DNA from: Macrostomum lignano
Taxonomy: Eukaryota
Direction of reading: 5' to 3'
Assembly: GCA_002269645.1 (NCBI GenBank)
Contig: NIVC01000012.1
Location: 930,001-994,000, forward strand
Length of the DNA: 64,000 bases
Numbering within the stretch: position 1 is the first letter of the stretch; each line of letters begins with the position of its first letter. This document shows, piece by piece, positions 33,791 through 46,700 of the stretch. The notes under the pieces were generated by a model, which did no database searches, had not been told where the DNA came from, and saw nothing but the letters and a program-made list of their open reading frames with translations. A program made the translations under genes and the position numbers.

Positions 33791-34546
33791 TTTTCAATTG
33801 GAGAACATGTATTGTGGCCCTTATAATTCAATTCTTATAGCAAGTCAGTTAGAGTAAAAAGTTATGACATAATCAATTTCTCAGTCAGCCAGTATCAGTC
33901 TCAATTCAAGTTAGCAATATGGTTACGCAATTACAATCAAGTCTTGTGTGCATTTTTTCGACACTGTTTTCATCTTGTTGTGATGCAATCTTTATCACAA
34001 TTGAAATTCAGTCAGTCAGTTTTTTCTTTCGCATTTTTACAATTCATTTCAGGTCGAAAGAGCTGCTTGACCTTTGCAAAAAAGCATGTTTTTCGAATAT
34101 TTAATCCCTTTAAAATTGAGCAATTTCTTAGCCAAGATGCATGTACCGTCCCAGGAAAATTTCTGATCAAATGGTGCAAGTTTGAAGAAAATCGGTTGAG
34201 CCACTTTTTCTGAAATCTATCGCATAGCTAGATAGTTACAGACATTTCATTTTTAGTATATATGATGTACTTTGTGTCTAATCATAACATTGAATTTGCA
34301 TGGTGAATGACAGTAAGTTTTAAGTCAAACGAGTTCTAATAAAAAATATACCTTCCATGCGCATTAACTCCAGAAAATATTTATAAATTTCAGAAACTCA
34401 GACTCCTAAAATTCATAAACAGGCACAATGCCGATAGGATCTTTATTTGACAAATTATTGTACGCTTTTACAATTTTCACTTAACCAAATGTTAAACTAC
34501 TTAACAAGCAGTTCTTCTTCTTCTTCATCATTTCAACAATGCTTCT

Positions 34547-35136
34547 TCATTCTGCAATAATGCTTCGGCTGCGGCTGCGGCTGCCGCTGCGGCTGCGGCT
34601 GCGGCTGCGGCTGCGGCGGGGAAGGTCACGGCATTCAGCAGCTATATGCCCGCGGCGGAGACAGAATCGGCAGAGTCCGACTGTGAAAAGAAAGCGATTA
34701 GATTTGTCACATATTAGTTTTGTGACGTATATTCACTTCACACGAAATGAGTGGTTAAACGAAAACTGAATTAGTCAAAACTACCCCTCTAAACAAACTC
34801 GTAATACAATTAACTTACGGGCGCGCATTTCGTCTCGCACAAACCGCGTCCTCGCCGACCTTGAATATAGCTGCTGCTGTGGTTGTTGTCGCTGTTGTTG
34901 CTGCTGTTGCTGTTGCTGCTGTTGTTGCTGCTGTTGCTGTTGCTGATCGACCTCAGGGACAGGTTGCATCGGCCAGGGGGCCGGTGGAAGCGGTTGGTAA
35001 GTGGTCCTAGTAGATGGAGGGGGGGATAAAATACGGCAGGGGGAATTGGATAGGGATAGGGATAGGGATGCGGCGGATAGGGATTGGGATAGGGATTGGG
35101 ATAGGGATAGGGATAGGGATAGGAAAAGGGATTCAT
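34547..35136 (-). CDS. Two-exon Pro/Tyr-rich, polyQ, CCHC zinc-knuckle, RS-repeat protein (one homopolymer frameshift or alternative start at 34969)
   Basis: Splicing the GTAAGT..ttttcacAG intron (34818-34681) gives ..QQQ..RDEMRA|LGLCRFCLRRGHIAAECRDLPRRSRSRSRS..IIAE*. TATA at about 35232, CCAAT at about 35341, AATAAA at 34442-34447. Confidence 0.7.
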
Positions 35137-36037
35137 TTTTCTTACAGGCAGACTTTAACTTATTTTCTACAGGCAGACAGCTAGGAAGAGACTTCGTTCG
35201 GGCGTAGTGAAATTGTTAACAACGGAGTTCGTTATATAGACTATAGTGTACAGTGGCCACATAAAACCAGATAATGGCTGCCTGCTCCACCACCCCAAAT
35301 TTGCTGTTTTTACCCCCAAATCTCTTGTTATCTCTAGCGCTGATTGGCTCCCCCGGTCGGCTTTTGATTCCTGAGTTATTTCTAACCAACCAGCTACTCC
35401 CCAGCCCAGCCCAAAAAGCCTATATTTTGTTTTCAGTGGACAATGAGAGTGAGACATCGTACTTAATCACCTCATTATTGATTTTATCTGGTGTCTCTCT
35501 ACCTTCAGTAAAAAATTTGCCACAAAATGGCACTTTTAAGTCTACGCGTACATGTCAGTTTTGTTTCGTAGAAAGTAAAAGCGCTGTTAGTATTTGCTCT
35601 TATAGTCCAAAAAATCAATAACTTTCCGCGGCTGGCGTAAACAGTCCGAATAAAATAATAGCATGAAAAAAGTCTCAGCGATCCAGTGCCACCCAGCGGA
35701 GGGGTTGGCGCTGACTGCAGCCCCTAAATCGACCCCAGCCTAAACCAGCGCACCAATCAGAGGCCACTAAATTATAAGGGTTGTTAAAATTTACAAACAG
35801 GGGTGACTAAAAATAGAGTGGACGGTAAGAATAAGGCTAACAGAAAGTCGAGATGCTGACCAATCAGACGGCAGCGAGAAAATATTGAGAGTTGTTTTGG
35901 GACGAATGGGTGGCTGCAGGGCTGCAATATATAATCAAAACAAACTGTAAATGCAGTAAACTTTTCGCCTTAACTGTTTCAAGTCAAGCACAACTTTTAT
36001 CTACTTTTAACTTAGATTCTTTAAGTAACGAAGAGAA

Positions 36038-37397
36038 ATGGACTCAAACCCTACGCCAGTCCAGAAGGTCAAATACGGCATCTCTGCTCTTCTACCCGGC
36101 TTGATGGATTCACCGGTCACTGGTCTGATAACGAGACTGACAAAAATCCACGACTACGAGAACAACAAAGCTGGATCAGGCCAAGTGTTCTCCTTCACTT
36201 TGACTGACGACACTGCAGACATCAGAGTGAGCGTTTTTGGCAAGGACCTGAAGTCCTTGCTGGAAATGTGCCAAACGGTCGAGACAGTGCGCATTTCAGG
36301 AGGTTGGATCAAAAAGGCTGACCCAAGGTACAACACTACGGAAAACGAGTATGAGATGAGCGTCTCAGTTGACAGAAGCGGTACCATCATGACTTCAAAC
36401 GAGACGGTTAACAGGCGTCCCCGGCACTACAGGAGGATATCGGAAATTTCTGCATGCCAAATGAAAACGTAAATATCTTGCACTTTGTGCCTTTATTTTC
36501 TTTTATACATTTATCTTCTTTTATACATTTTCCTCGTGCTTTATTTGCCTTTTTGCATAAATAATTGGACTTCATTCAGCTAAATTTGCCCTACTCAAAA
36601 ACTTTCACTGTACAACAGGAAAGTTGACGTTCGTGGCATCATTTCTGCCGTTGAGAAGCCAAAGGAAGTAAAAACTGGTGCCGGAAAGCTCGTCGATTTA
36701 GCAAAAGTTACCATCGTTGATCAGTCCGGGTCGTCTGTGTCGTGCACTTTTTGGGCCAGTTCTGCGCAGGTGAATAATTGGTCTACCGGCGACATTCTCG
36801 CGATTCATGGCTCTCAAGTTCAAGAGTGCATCACTGGCCGGAAAATTCGCAAGAGTTCTCTGACCTAACCGAGTGGTACAACGGCGCCACAGCTAGCCAG
36901 CAGCATTTCGAGGCTGTGCGAGCGACACAGACTGCACCACCTGAGCAGCAAGCATCACACGATGAAGAAATGACGTTACACTACCCCGAACGAATGTTTC
37001 ACCAGTTTAACAACATGCGAAGAATAAGACTGCGTTTCGGAAGCAAAGAGGTTAGTTTATTTCGAAAATGTGTGTTCACTTTAGTTTAATCAAAGGCAGT
37101 TACTATTGTATACTTCTTATGCCTGTTCACTTCAGTTTAATCAAAGACGGTTATAATTATATACTTTGCAAACCGAATCCCACTTCACAGGTAACATTTT
37201 CACGAGATTCGAACAGCTGGACTCAGCAGGTACCCACAGGCTCTACACCTAGGCCTCTGTACACGAGTGACACGTCTCAGCAGAACAGCTGGACTCAGCA
37301 GCTACCCACAGGCTGTACACTTAGAACTCCGTACACTGGTGACTCGAGCACTCGAAATCAAGAATCTTTGACATCACCGGCAGAGGATGAAGACTAA
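36038..37397 (+). pseudogene. RPA70 (RPA1)-like ssDNA-binding protein, OB folds DBD-A and DBD-B
   Basis: VTGLITRLTKIHDYENNKAGSGQVFSFTLTDDTADIRVSVF..IKKADPRYNTTENEYEM; GT-AG intron 36469-36618; KVDVRGII..VTIVDQSGSSVSCTFWA..ILAIHG..PENSQEFSDLTEWY; frameshift near 36830. Confidence 0.82.
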
Positions 37398-37405
37398 TTT
37401 TTTCT

Positions 37406-37545
37406 TTTTGAATTTCTTCAAACTGAATTCGAACAGATATCAATCAGAACATTTTGAATTTCTTCAAACTGAATTCGAACAGATATGAATCAGAACATTT
37501 TGAATTTCTTCAAACTGAATTCAAACAGATATCAATCGGAACATT
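37406..37545. repeat. 46-bp tandem repeat x3 (ttttgaatttcttcaaactgaattcgaacagatatcaatcagaaca)
   Basis: Direct inspection. Confidence 0.9.
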
Positions 37546-37994
37546 TTTTCCTCAACCTCTATTTCTGTACTGTTGTCTTTTAACTTTCGCAAATTTATGC
37601 CTCAAACTGCAAGTAAAGATATATTTTTAAGATCTAAAAATCTATTTATAAATTTGTAACTGCAGAAGGGCTTGAATAATATCACTTTTTTTATTTATAG
37701 TAGTAATAAGTAATAATCACGCAAAATTCGCTAGCAGTTTGACAAGTTTGAATACTTTTTATTTGCATCAATTTGCGACGGAGCCTACGTCTTAAATTCG
37801 ATAAATAAAAATGATTTCCGGGAAAACTTTTACCCAAGGCGTAGGCTCTGAATATTTGTATTTGTCTTTATTTTTCAACTGTTGTTAAACAGTCTGACAA
37901 AGGTTTATGGTGGAACATAATTTTTAAGATATAAGCTTTAACAGTATAATACTCTTATTTAGATCATAAAAAATAATGGGGAATACTATAGGCA

Positions 37995-38735
37995 TAGTGT
38001 CTGCCTGCGACGCCTAAATGAGTGTCTGTGGTGCCAAAATGAGTGTCTGCGGTGCCAAAATGAGTGTCTGCCTGCGACGCCAAAATGAGTGTCTGCGGTG
38101 CCAGACTGAGTGTCTGCGGTGCCAAAATGAGTGTCTGCGGTGCCAGACTGAGTGTCTGCGGTGCCAAAATGCGTGCCTGCGGTGCCAGAATGAGTGTCTG
38201 CCGGTGCCAAAATGAGTGTCTGCGGTGCCAGAATGAGTGTCTGCGGTGCTAGAATGAGTGTCTGCGGTGCCAAAATGAGTGTCTGCGGTGCCAGACTGAG
38301 TGTCTGCGGTGCCAAAATGAGTGTCTGCGGTGCCAAAATGAGTGTCTGCGGTGCTAGAATGAGTGTCTGCGGTGCCAAAATGAGTGTCTGCGGTGCCAGA
38401 ATGAGTGTCTGCGGCGCTTTATAAAATGAGTGCCTGCGGCGCTAAAATGAGTGTCTGCGGTGCCAAAATGAGTGTCTGCGGTGCTAGAATGAGTGTCTGC
38501 GGTGCCAAAATGAGTGTCTGTGGTGCCAGAATGAGTGTCTGCGGTGCCAAAATGAGTGTCTGTGGTGCCAGAATGAGTGTCTGCGGTGCCAAAATGAGTG
38601 TCTGCGGTGCTAGAATGAGTGTCTGCGGTGCTAGAATGAGTGTCTGCGGTGCCAAAATGAGTGTCTGTGGTGCCAGAATGAGTGTCTGCCGGTGCCAAAA
38701 TGAGTGTCTGCGGTGCCAAAATGAGTGCCTGCTTA
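37995..38735. repeat. 21-bp minisatellite (aaaatgagtgtctgcggtgcc)
   Basis: Direct inspection; the overlapping ORFs are repeat translations. Confidence 0.97.
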
Positions 38736-40747
38736 CGCCAAAATAAGCGCTGAAAATACCGATTCTCAAAATAATGTAGGAATGCACATGTACGCTCGTA
38801 CAATTCTTTGCTTTGTTTCCCCCCACCATAAATTCCACGGCGACGCCCCTGATCCCTGAATGAATTGAATCCTTTGACCTTTCTGAAGTTTGCAATATTC
38901 ATTTTCTGCAATTTTGCATTAATCCTTGACTCAGCTTTTGCAGAAATATTTTCTCTGCTTTCTGAAATAATCCTAACTAACTCGAATTTAAGTTAGATCT
39001 CTCCATTTCGTTTATATTTTTGATGGTCTCTTTCCTTCGCGCTAAGATTTTCTGTTCGGCTCTATTTCCTTAGCCTTTTGCGCTTCGCCACAGTCTATTC
39101 ATATTTGTTTCGCCAAAGATCAAGAAATGAAGTAAGACAAAAAGCTTCATTCAGGGCCTTCGCCTTAGTTAAAATTGACATCTTATGAGTTTCGTATATT
39201 ATTCAACTTTCAATATATGGAAGACGAAGGCCCCGTCGCAAGTTGATGCAAATAGTTTTTTATGAACTTACAGTCCACAGTTATTACAGGTGACTTAAGA
39301 TATTTTGGATTTTTGAAAAAAGACTGCCACTCATAGTTTTTGTAAAAATTCACTGTAAACGTTAAGTTGTTGCAAACTTTGGAAAACTAAAAACAAAATT
39401 GTTTCGTCTTTTGCATAAATTTGCGATATAAAATACATAGCTAAAGTTTTTACGGGAACTATAATGAGATTTCAGGTGAAAAATAAGAAACAAATTCACT
39501 ACTCATCAAGACATAATTCATTCAAAGCAGTGCAAAAGATTGTTTCAGAAGTTAATTTCGACTAATACTGTATGAAAGTGCCTTACCAGTAAAACACAAA
39601 TTAACTGTAAAGTGCAAATTGTCTGTAAAAATTAATACAGAGTGAATAAAATAAGTCTAATTGAGCTTCAATATATAGTTCATCAGCCATTAGCTCGTAC
39701 TCACTGCCATGCAGTATCTACGCTTCTTTGGAAATTGTGCATTTAATTGACTATTGTGCAAAAGTAAGCGAAGAAACTAAAAGTGCAGCTCACCTCATTC
39801 CGAACCAGAATTTTTCCCCGCAAGGGAGTCGTTAGCTTCGTGCAATTTTTTACATCAAGAATTTTCATCTTCTATCGTTACTTAGTATGAGTAGAATTTT
39901 ATGCGATCAAAAGTATGTGAATTCTCGCAAGATGAAAAATGGTTGACGAGGCCATTGTTAAATACGCTTTCTTAAAATGCGATACTATTACTCTGCCTTT
40001 CAGGGTGTAGGTGCGTACACTCACCTGAACACATCACGCCATTTTACTACCCCTAATTCATCTCCGCGTACATTTTTATCACTCTCTCTCCAGTGCGTCA
40101 ACCCCAATTATCGATCTATTTGACAGCTACACAAGCCAACCATTATGAAATATCGGCATTGCTCATAGCTACCTGCCTTCTTGCTGCACTGCACATTCAT
40201 TCTGTACACTGCACAATGGTTAGAAAATTGCAGACGGAATGATTGAATGAGCCGGAGGTGGGTGTGAGAAGTCTATTTGATTGGCTGTAGGCTCACCCAA
40301 CCTATTGAATATGTACACATTGACCTGCACACAGACCCTTTTAATTAACTGAATGAAGGGGTATTGCTACAATCCGTTCTCTAGCTGATTTATTTAGAAT
40401 TCAGTGTACGCTTTCCATGTATCTTTTTTTCTATATTCTTATCTGGCTAACGCTGGTATATATCAAGCGAAAAATTAGTAAAATTTGCTCAACTTCGTTT
40501 TCAATTTGACTTTTCACTGCGTGACTGTTATTTGCAATCCGCAACCACCTCTTAGCTAAATTATTTATTTATTAAAGATACGTTACTCGTTAATTTAAAA
40601 AACTACAGTACCGTACTTTCCTATCAATCATACCATATCCTTTTCGTACTGTTCTGTAGATTGTAGGGGCGTAGTACTACGATTGTTTTTTATTCTAATT
40701 TCATTTGCTATATTGTACGTACTTTACTCCTTTCGAACGAAAAAATA

Positions 40748-43700
40748 ATGCCGAAACGTCGTGGTGCCAAAAGTGCTTTGCAAAAAAGCCGCGAGGCGAA
40801 GAAACGGCGACATCAGGAGTCGGCTGAAGCACGAGAGCAGCGACTGCTGGCACAACGAGAGAGTCAGCAAAGACAGCGGGCTGTCGTGTCTGCGGCTGAG
40901 TCGGCTGAAGCACGAGAGCAGCGACTGCTGGCACAACGAGAGAGTCAGCAAAGACAGCGGGCTGCCGTGTCTGCGGCTGAGTCGGCTGAAGCACGAGAGC
41001 AGCGACTGCTGGCACAACGAGAGAGTCAGCAAAGACAGCGGGGGGCCCAATCCGCAGCCCAGCGAGACGTCAGGCTCCAGGCTGAGAAGAAGCGCTCGGA
41101 GCAGCGGAGATCCGGAGAGTCTGCGGCTGAGCGAGCCGTCCGTCTGCAAGCTGCGAAGGAGTGTTGGAGCCGGCGAATGGCCCAGGAAAATGATTTGCAG
41201 CGAAATGAGCGACTGAGGTTGAATCGGTTGCGTTATGAAGCTTCTCAAGGGCCGGAACGACAGACCATCAGGTAAGATGCTTTTCCGTTTGAAATTTGGC
41301 TAACTATTTCTGTTGCAGTTTTATTAATTTATTAACTATCCAGTGAGGTTAATGTTTTCTGTTTTCTTACAAATTGGGAGGGCTTTAATTGGCAGCTAAG
41401 TGACGTATAATAGTATTTTCATTTTAAAGGGCAATAGTGGAACTGCATCAATGTATTTAATATTTTAAACATGACAACGGGTTCAACGTGCTTTTTAATA
41501 TTGAACGATTTATAGACAACAAGTTATAGACAATTAAACAAACAATTTTTGCTTAAACCCACAGCTGCAGCTTCACCACACCGCCCGATAGTGTTCCAAG
41601 GGGTACATTTCGAGTGTCTCGAATGCCTGGTGATGGGAACTGCTGGTTCCATGCTCTCGAGGATCAGCTGAGGGGCACACCAATTGCCATGGACCACAGG
41701 CAGCTGCGGCAAGTTATTGCTGATCGGGCAGGGCCTGTGCTCGAAGAGCAGTCCGTCTTGCTGGCAGCTAGCAACCTGACTGTGGATCAAGTGCTGCAAT
41801 ACACTCGGCGCGACAGTGTGTACGTCCACGAGTTCATTGTGCCGAAGCTGCATGAACTGCTGGATGTGGACTTTGCTGTCTACCAAGCTGATGAGCAGCG
41901 GGAAGGCCAGCTGCAGTTGATTTGTGCAGCTTCAGCTGTCATCAGGCCTGCAGTTGCTTCTGTCTGGATTTTGTACTATCGGCTAGGAGAACACTACGAT
42001 TCTCTGCACTTTGCAGCTTCTTCCAGGTAAATGCAACTGACAAAGCACGTAATTTTTGTTTAAAATGTAATGCGGCGTTCAGTACCTGCATAATCTTATC
42101 TCGTTGCCTCTCTTGCCTCGTTGAAAAAATAGTATGCAAGATTCGAGAAATTTGTCTTCGTCTGATGCAATGGGCAGTTCAGAGCTGACTGGTGCCAGTT
42201 TTGCCTCAGCGGCTCCTGACTATTCAGCTGAAGACACTGGGTGAGTTGTTGCTATTTTTCCTAACTATAAAAAATGTTGTGCATTGTTATGGGAATATTT
42301 CTTTTATAATTTTCTTGCCCTTGATTTTTAATTCCCGAAATTAGTTGCTTTGTATCTCACGGCTACATGACTGTAGCAAGGATTTTAATTTGGTGTCTCC
42401 GTTTGATAAGTTCTGAACGATTATGAACAACTCCTTACCGCAGCTTCGGCAGCTCGGACTACCAGGCAAACCAGGCACCGCCTGAATGGGACCTCGGTCA
42501 ACCTGGCGTCGGTGCGGCAGCTTATCAAAGAGAGTTCACCGATGAGGACGCCGAGTGAGTGACTCTAATTCTTAATGGATTTTGTTTTATTTCTAATTTC
42601 ATCACAAAACTAAAGCTCTTTGCTGTAAACAAATCTTCAACTTTAAGCAATTAAAACAGCATATATATTATTTCCACTTTGTGCGAAAGTGGTAGTAGAA
42701 AGTAGTTGATGTGTGGTGTACGGAACCTATTAGGAAAAATCGTAGTAATGAACTGAAGTAAAGAAATTTGAGCTATAACTTAAATTTGCACTGCTGAACA
42801 CAGGCCGGAGTTCGCAGCCATGCCTGCAGTACAGACGCATCAGTTGGGCCGCATGAGCAAGCCCTGTCAGCACTGTAGCGCAGTGCGTTGGGACCTTGAG
42901 CCGGTTGGGATCTGCTGTTCCAGCGGCCAGGTGCAACTGCCAACAAAGACTGTGCCGCCGGTTATGTAGGATTTGTACGTTGGACGCCATCCGCTGAGCC
43001 CTGCATTTCTGGCCAACATTCGCAACTACAATTCGGCACTCCATCTTACTACGCTGGCAGCGAACTTGCGGCCTATTCGGGGCTACTGTCCCAGCTTCAT
43101 CCTCAGTGGGGAGATCCACCACAACATCCCGACTTTGTATGCTGAGGAATCAGCTGCACCCCGCGGTTGGCAGGTATATTTCATGGACCGCGAACTGGAG
43201 AGCCGACTAAGCATTAGCCAGAATCTGCAGCCAGAACTACTGCAGCTACTGCAGAACCTGCTGCACAGCTGCAACGGCTATGTGCGGAGCCTGAAGACTG
43301 CAGCGGAGCACATCGCCAGGGAGCCGCAGCTTGGTGAGGCGCGAATTCTAATTCGCCCAGAACGACGCCCACAGGGAGAGCACACTGGGTGAGTCTGCTT
43401 ATTCATTAATTTAGTCATTTTTTTATTTCTGATTAAATTGATAAATTGTGTGACTAATTATTGCTCTGTGCTTTTGTTTACAAGTGTGTTTCTTAACCTG
43501 TTTCACTTGGTTATTTTAGTCAATTTCTTCAATACTTTCTTTCTCTCATACGCAAGAGAGAATTCAAGTGAAAACTGTGTGCTTTTAGTAAGAACAAATA
43601 ATTTTGTGCATAAATAATTTTACTAACCAAGTATGCGTTGCTTTCGAACAACTTTTCCCAGGCGTTACAACGTGCCCACTGCCAATGAAGTCGGAATCCT

Positions 43701-46700
43701 GGTGGTTGGCGCTGATGAACCTGCAAGCTCTCGGGACGTTGTGATTCGGCTTCGCGGGGACCTGAGCCAGATTCGCAGAGTTTCCGTTACTCATCGATCC
43801 TACGATGCACTGCAGTACGTGCTGCTGCTGCCTTTTGGTGAGGATGGCTGGGTCCCAGATCTGAAGAAAAAAAACGGCGACAAACTCTCGGTCCGGGCGT
43901 ATTACGCCAGCGAGATTATGGTGCGGCCTGGCCAGTTCAACGCGCTGCACCACAGCCGACGCCTGTTCCAGCAGTACCTGGTTGACCAGGCAGCGAAGAT
44001 CGAGTGTGAGCGGCTTAACTACCAGCGCCTGAATCAGAAGAAGCTTCGCAGCGAAACGTACAGCGGTCTGCGAGACGCTCTGTTTGCCGCGGACGGATTG
44101 GACAAAGGCACCGACCCCAATGATGTCGGCAAGCCGGTGATTTTGTCTTCAACTTTCACTGGCGGGCCTCGGTACATGATGGAGAGGCTGCAGGACGCCA
44201 TGACCTACGTCCACAAATTCGGCAAACCGAACCTCTTCGTAACTGCCACCTGTAACCCACAGTGGTCAGAAATAAGCGCGGAGTTGCAGCCTGGACAGAA
44301 GCCCGAAGACAGGCCGGACGTAGTCAGTCGTGTCTTTGAGTTGAAGAAGAAGGCCCTGCTTGCCCGGTTGAAGAAGTGCTTCGGACCTGTAGTTGCGCAT
44401 GTTTGCTCAATGGAGTACCAGAAGCGGGGTGAGTAGACAGCGATTTGATCTTAATTTCGCATTAAATTGTATTATTAATTTTCATTTTAACAATTCAAGC
44501 ATATAATAATAAATTTGTATTCTTGAACGTTTTCAGAACACAGTTTTTTAAATATGACGATTCAAGTTCAATTTTTTTCAGAGACCTTGCTTTTTGTCAT
44601 GTACAATTGGGGAATGCAGATTTTAAATGCTTAATTTTTGCTTTGATGATGATTCTGGCTATTTTCAAAGTTCGTCTACTGAATTCATTGTACGGATTTA
44701 AAATTAGTTGGGTAATAAAGTGAAAGCTTGATCCATCTAATAGATTGTATCGTTCGCAATCTAACTCAGGCCTTCCGCATGTCCACATTCTGCTGTGGAT
44801 GAAGAGTGGACATGGCGTTACTCCGGACCGCTATGACGAAATCGTGTGCGCGGAGATTCCCGATCCTCAAACCCAGCCGGTGCTGCACGAGCTGGTCAAG
44901 ACGCACATGATGCACGGCCCGTGTGGAAAGGACAATCCGAGATGTCCCTGCATGGAGAACGGACAGTGTACTAAGGGGTATCCCAAGGAGTTTGTGCCAG
45001 CCACCATGGTAAATGACTATGGGTACCCGTTCTACAGAAGGCGATCTCCAGAAATGGGCGGATTCGAGCTTTACAAGACTCTGAAAGGTCGCAGTATTCG
45101 CATGGACAACCGGTTTGTTATTTGTAATTGAATTGATGAATTAATATACATAGATATAGATCTATATTAATATATATAGATATAATAAATATATCTATAT
45201 ATAATAAATATATCTATATATAATAAATATATATATACAGATATTTTCAGTCTCTTGATTTCAGTGCACGCTTTCTTAAGTTCCATGCGATACATTTGAT
45301 CTTTGGAAATTGTTTTCCATCTTCCATTTCAGAGATAGAATGAATTCGTTCTTACTTTTTACCCATCCCAATTTCTGATTCTTCTCTCACTTGCTCCCTA
45401 ACCAGGTCTGTCGTACCTTACAATCCGAAGCTGATGCTGGAATTCGCCTGCCACATGAACGTGGAAGTGTGTGCTACAGTTAAGTGTCAAGTACATCATC
45501 AAGTATCTTCTGAAAGGCGGTGACATGGCGACCTTCACGGTGACCCAAGCTCAGGACGCTGCGCATTCGGGGCAGCAGTCTGCAAATCAAGAGCATGTCC
45601 AGGGTGCCGGATCTCCAAGAAGACGTGATGAGATCGCTGAGTACTTGACTGCCCGCTATATCGGCCCAATGGAGGCAGTGAAAACGATTTTGAGATTTGA
45701 AGTGAGTTTCGTGTTGAACATTTCTGTTGGGGAACACCATAAGCGGAATTCTTAAAGGATTCTCAAAATTATACTTAGATAGCCTACAGAGTTGAATATA
45801 CAAACCCTCAAAATCTGCCTTAAACGGTTCTTAAGATCATAGCCAGCCGCTGTAGTCAAATTTAGCAGCCGTTGGAATTTTAAGGTACTTTCAATGTTAA
45901 TGTACGTACATATTCTTAATGTTGGGGACTGCTTTGAATGAAAACTGAAGCTATATTTACTATGGATTTTTTCGCCATAATATTAATAGAGGTTTTTTAT
46001 CCCAAATTTAAATTTCTCAAACAGGTGCACCACAGATCACCCGCTGTCATTCGTCTCTGTGTGCATGACAGAGATATGCAGACAGTGTTCTTCAATGAGG
46101 CAACTGCGATGTCAAAGGCCAGTTCGCCCTGGGATTCGGTGCTGACCGCCTTTTTCAAGCTGTGCGCCAGCGACGCCTTTGCACGGACCCTGCTGTACAC
46201 CGAGGTGCCTTCGTACTTCACCTGGCACAGCGGCAAGGATGTCAGGGAATGGCGCCGAACTGAGCGAAGTAACGAAGTCCCAGGACACCCGGGCGTCAAG
46301 CGGAGCTCCAACATCTCGCGAATGTACACGGTCAGTCCACGTGCAGGAGATGTTTTCTACCTCCGTCTTCTGTTGCTCTATGTGAGGGGACCGACCAGCT
46401 ACAAGGCGCTGCGGACCGTCGATGGCGTGCCGTATCCGACTTACAAAGCTGCCTGCATGGCTCTCGGTCTGCTGCAGAGAGACGATCACTGGCACAGGTG
46501 CATGGCGGAGGCTGTGCAGTCCCGAATGCCCAGAGCGGTGAGGCACCTGCTGGCCGTCATCCTCATCTGGGGCGAGCCGGCCGATGGTGAGCAGCTGTGG
46601 AGTAACTTTGCTGTTGAAATGTGCGAGGACCTGCGCTTCCACCACCCAGACCTGAGCGACGAAGAGGTGACCGACATGGCGTTGCGGGAGCTGCAGAGCA

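Larger units (their letters stand above)
28023..34265 (-). mobile_element. Non-autonomous Helitron A (contains nested Helitron D)
   Basis: 5' A|TCATATATACTAAAAATG at 34265; 3' hairpin cccccatcgggggg + agattgCTAG at 28023; homologous in inverted orientation to 50893-55286. Confidence 0.87.

Noticed and set aside
38839-38851. GGCGACGCCCCTG as a hAT-like TIR bounding the 21-bp array
   Set aside because: No convincing left TIR or 8-bp TSD identified.
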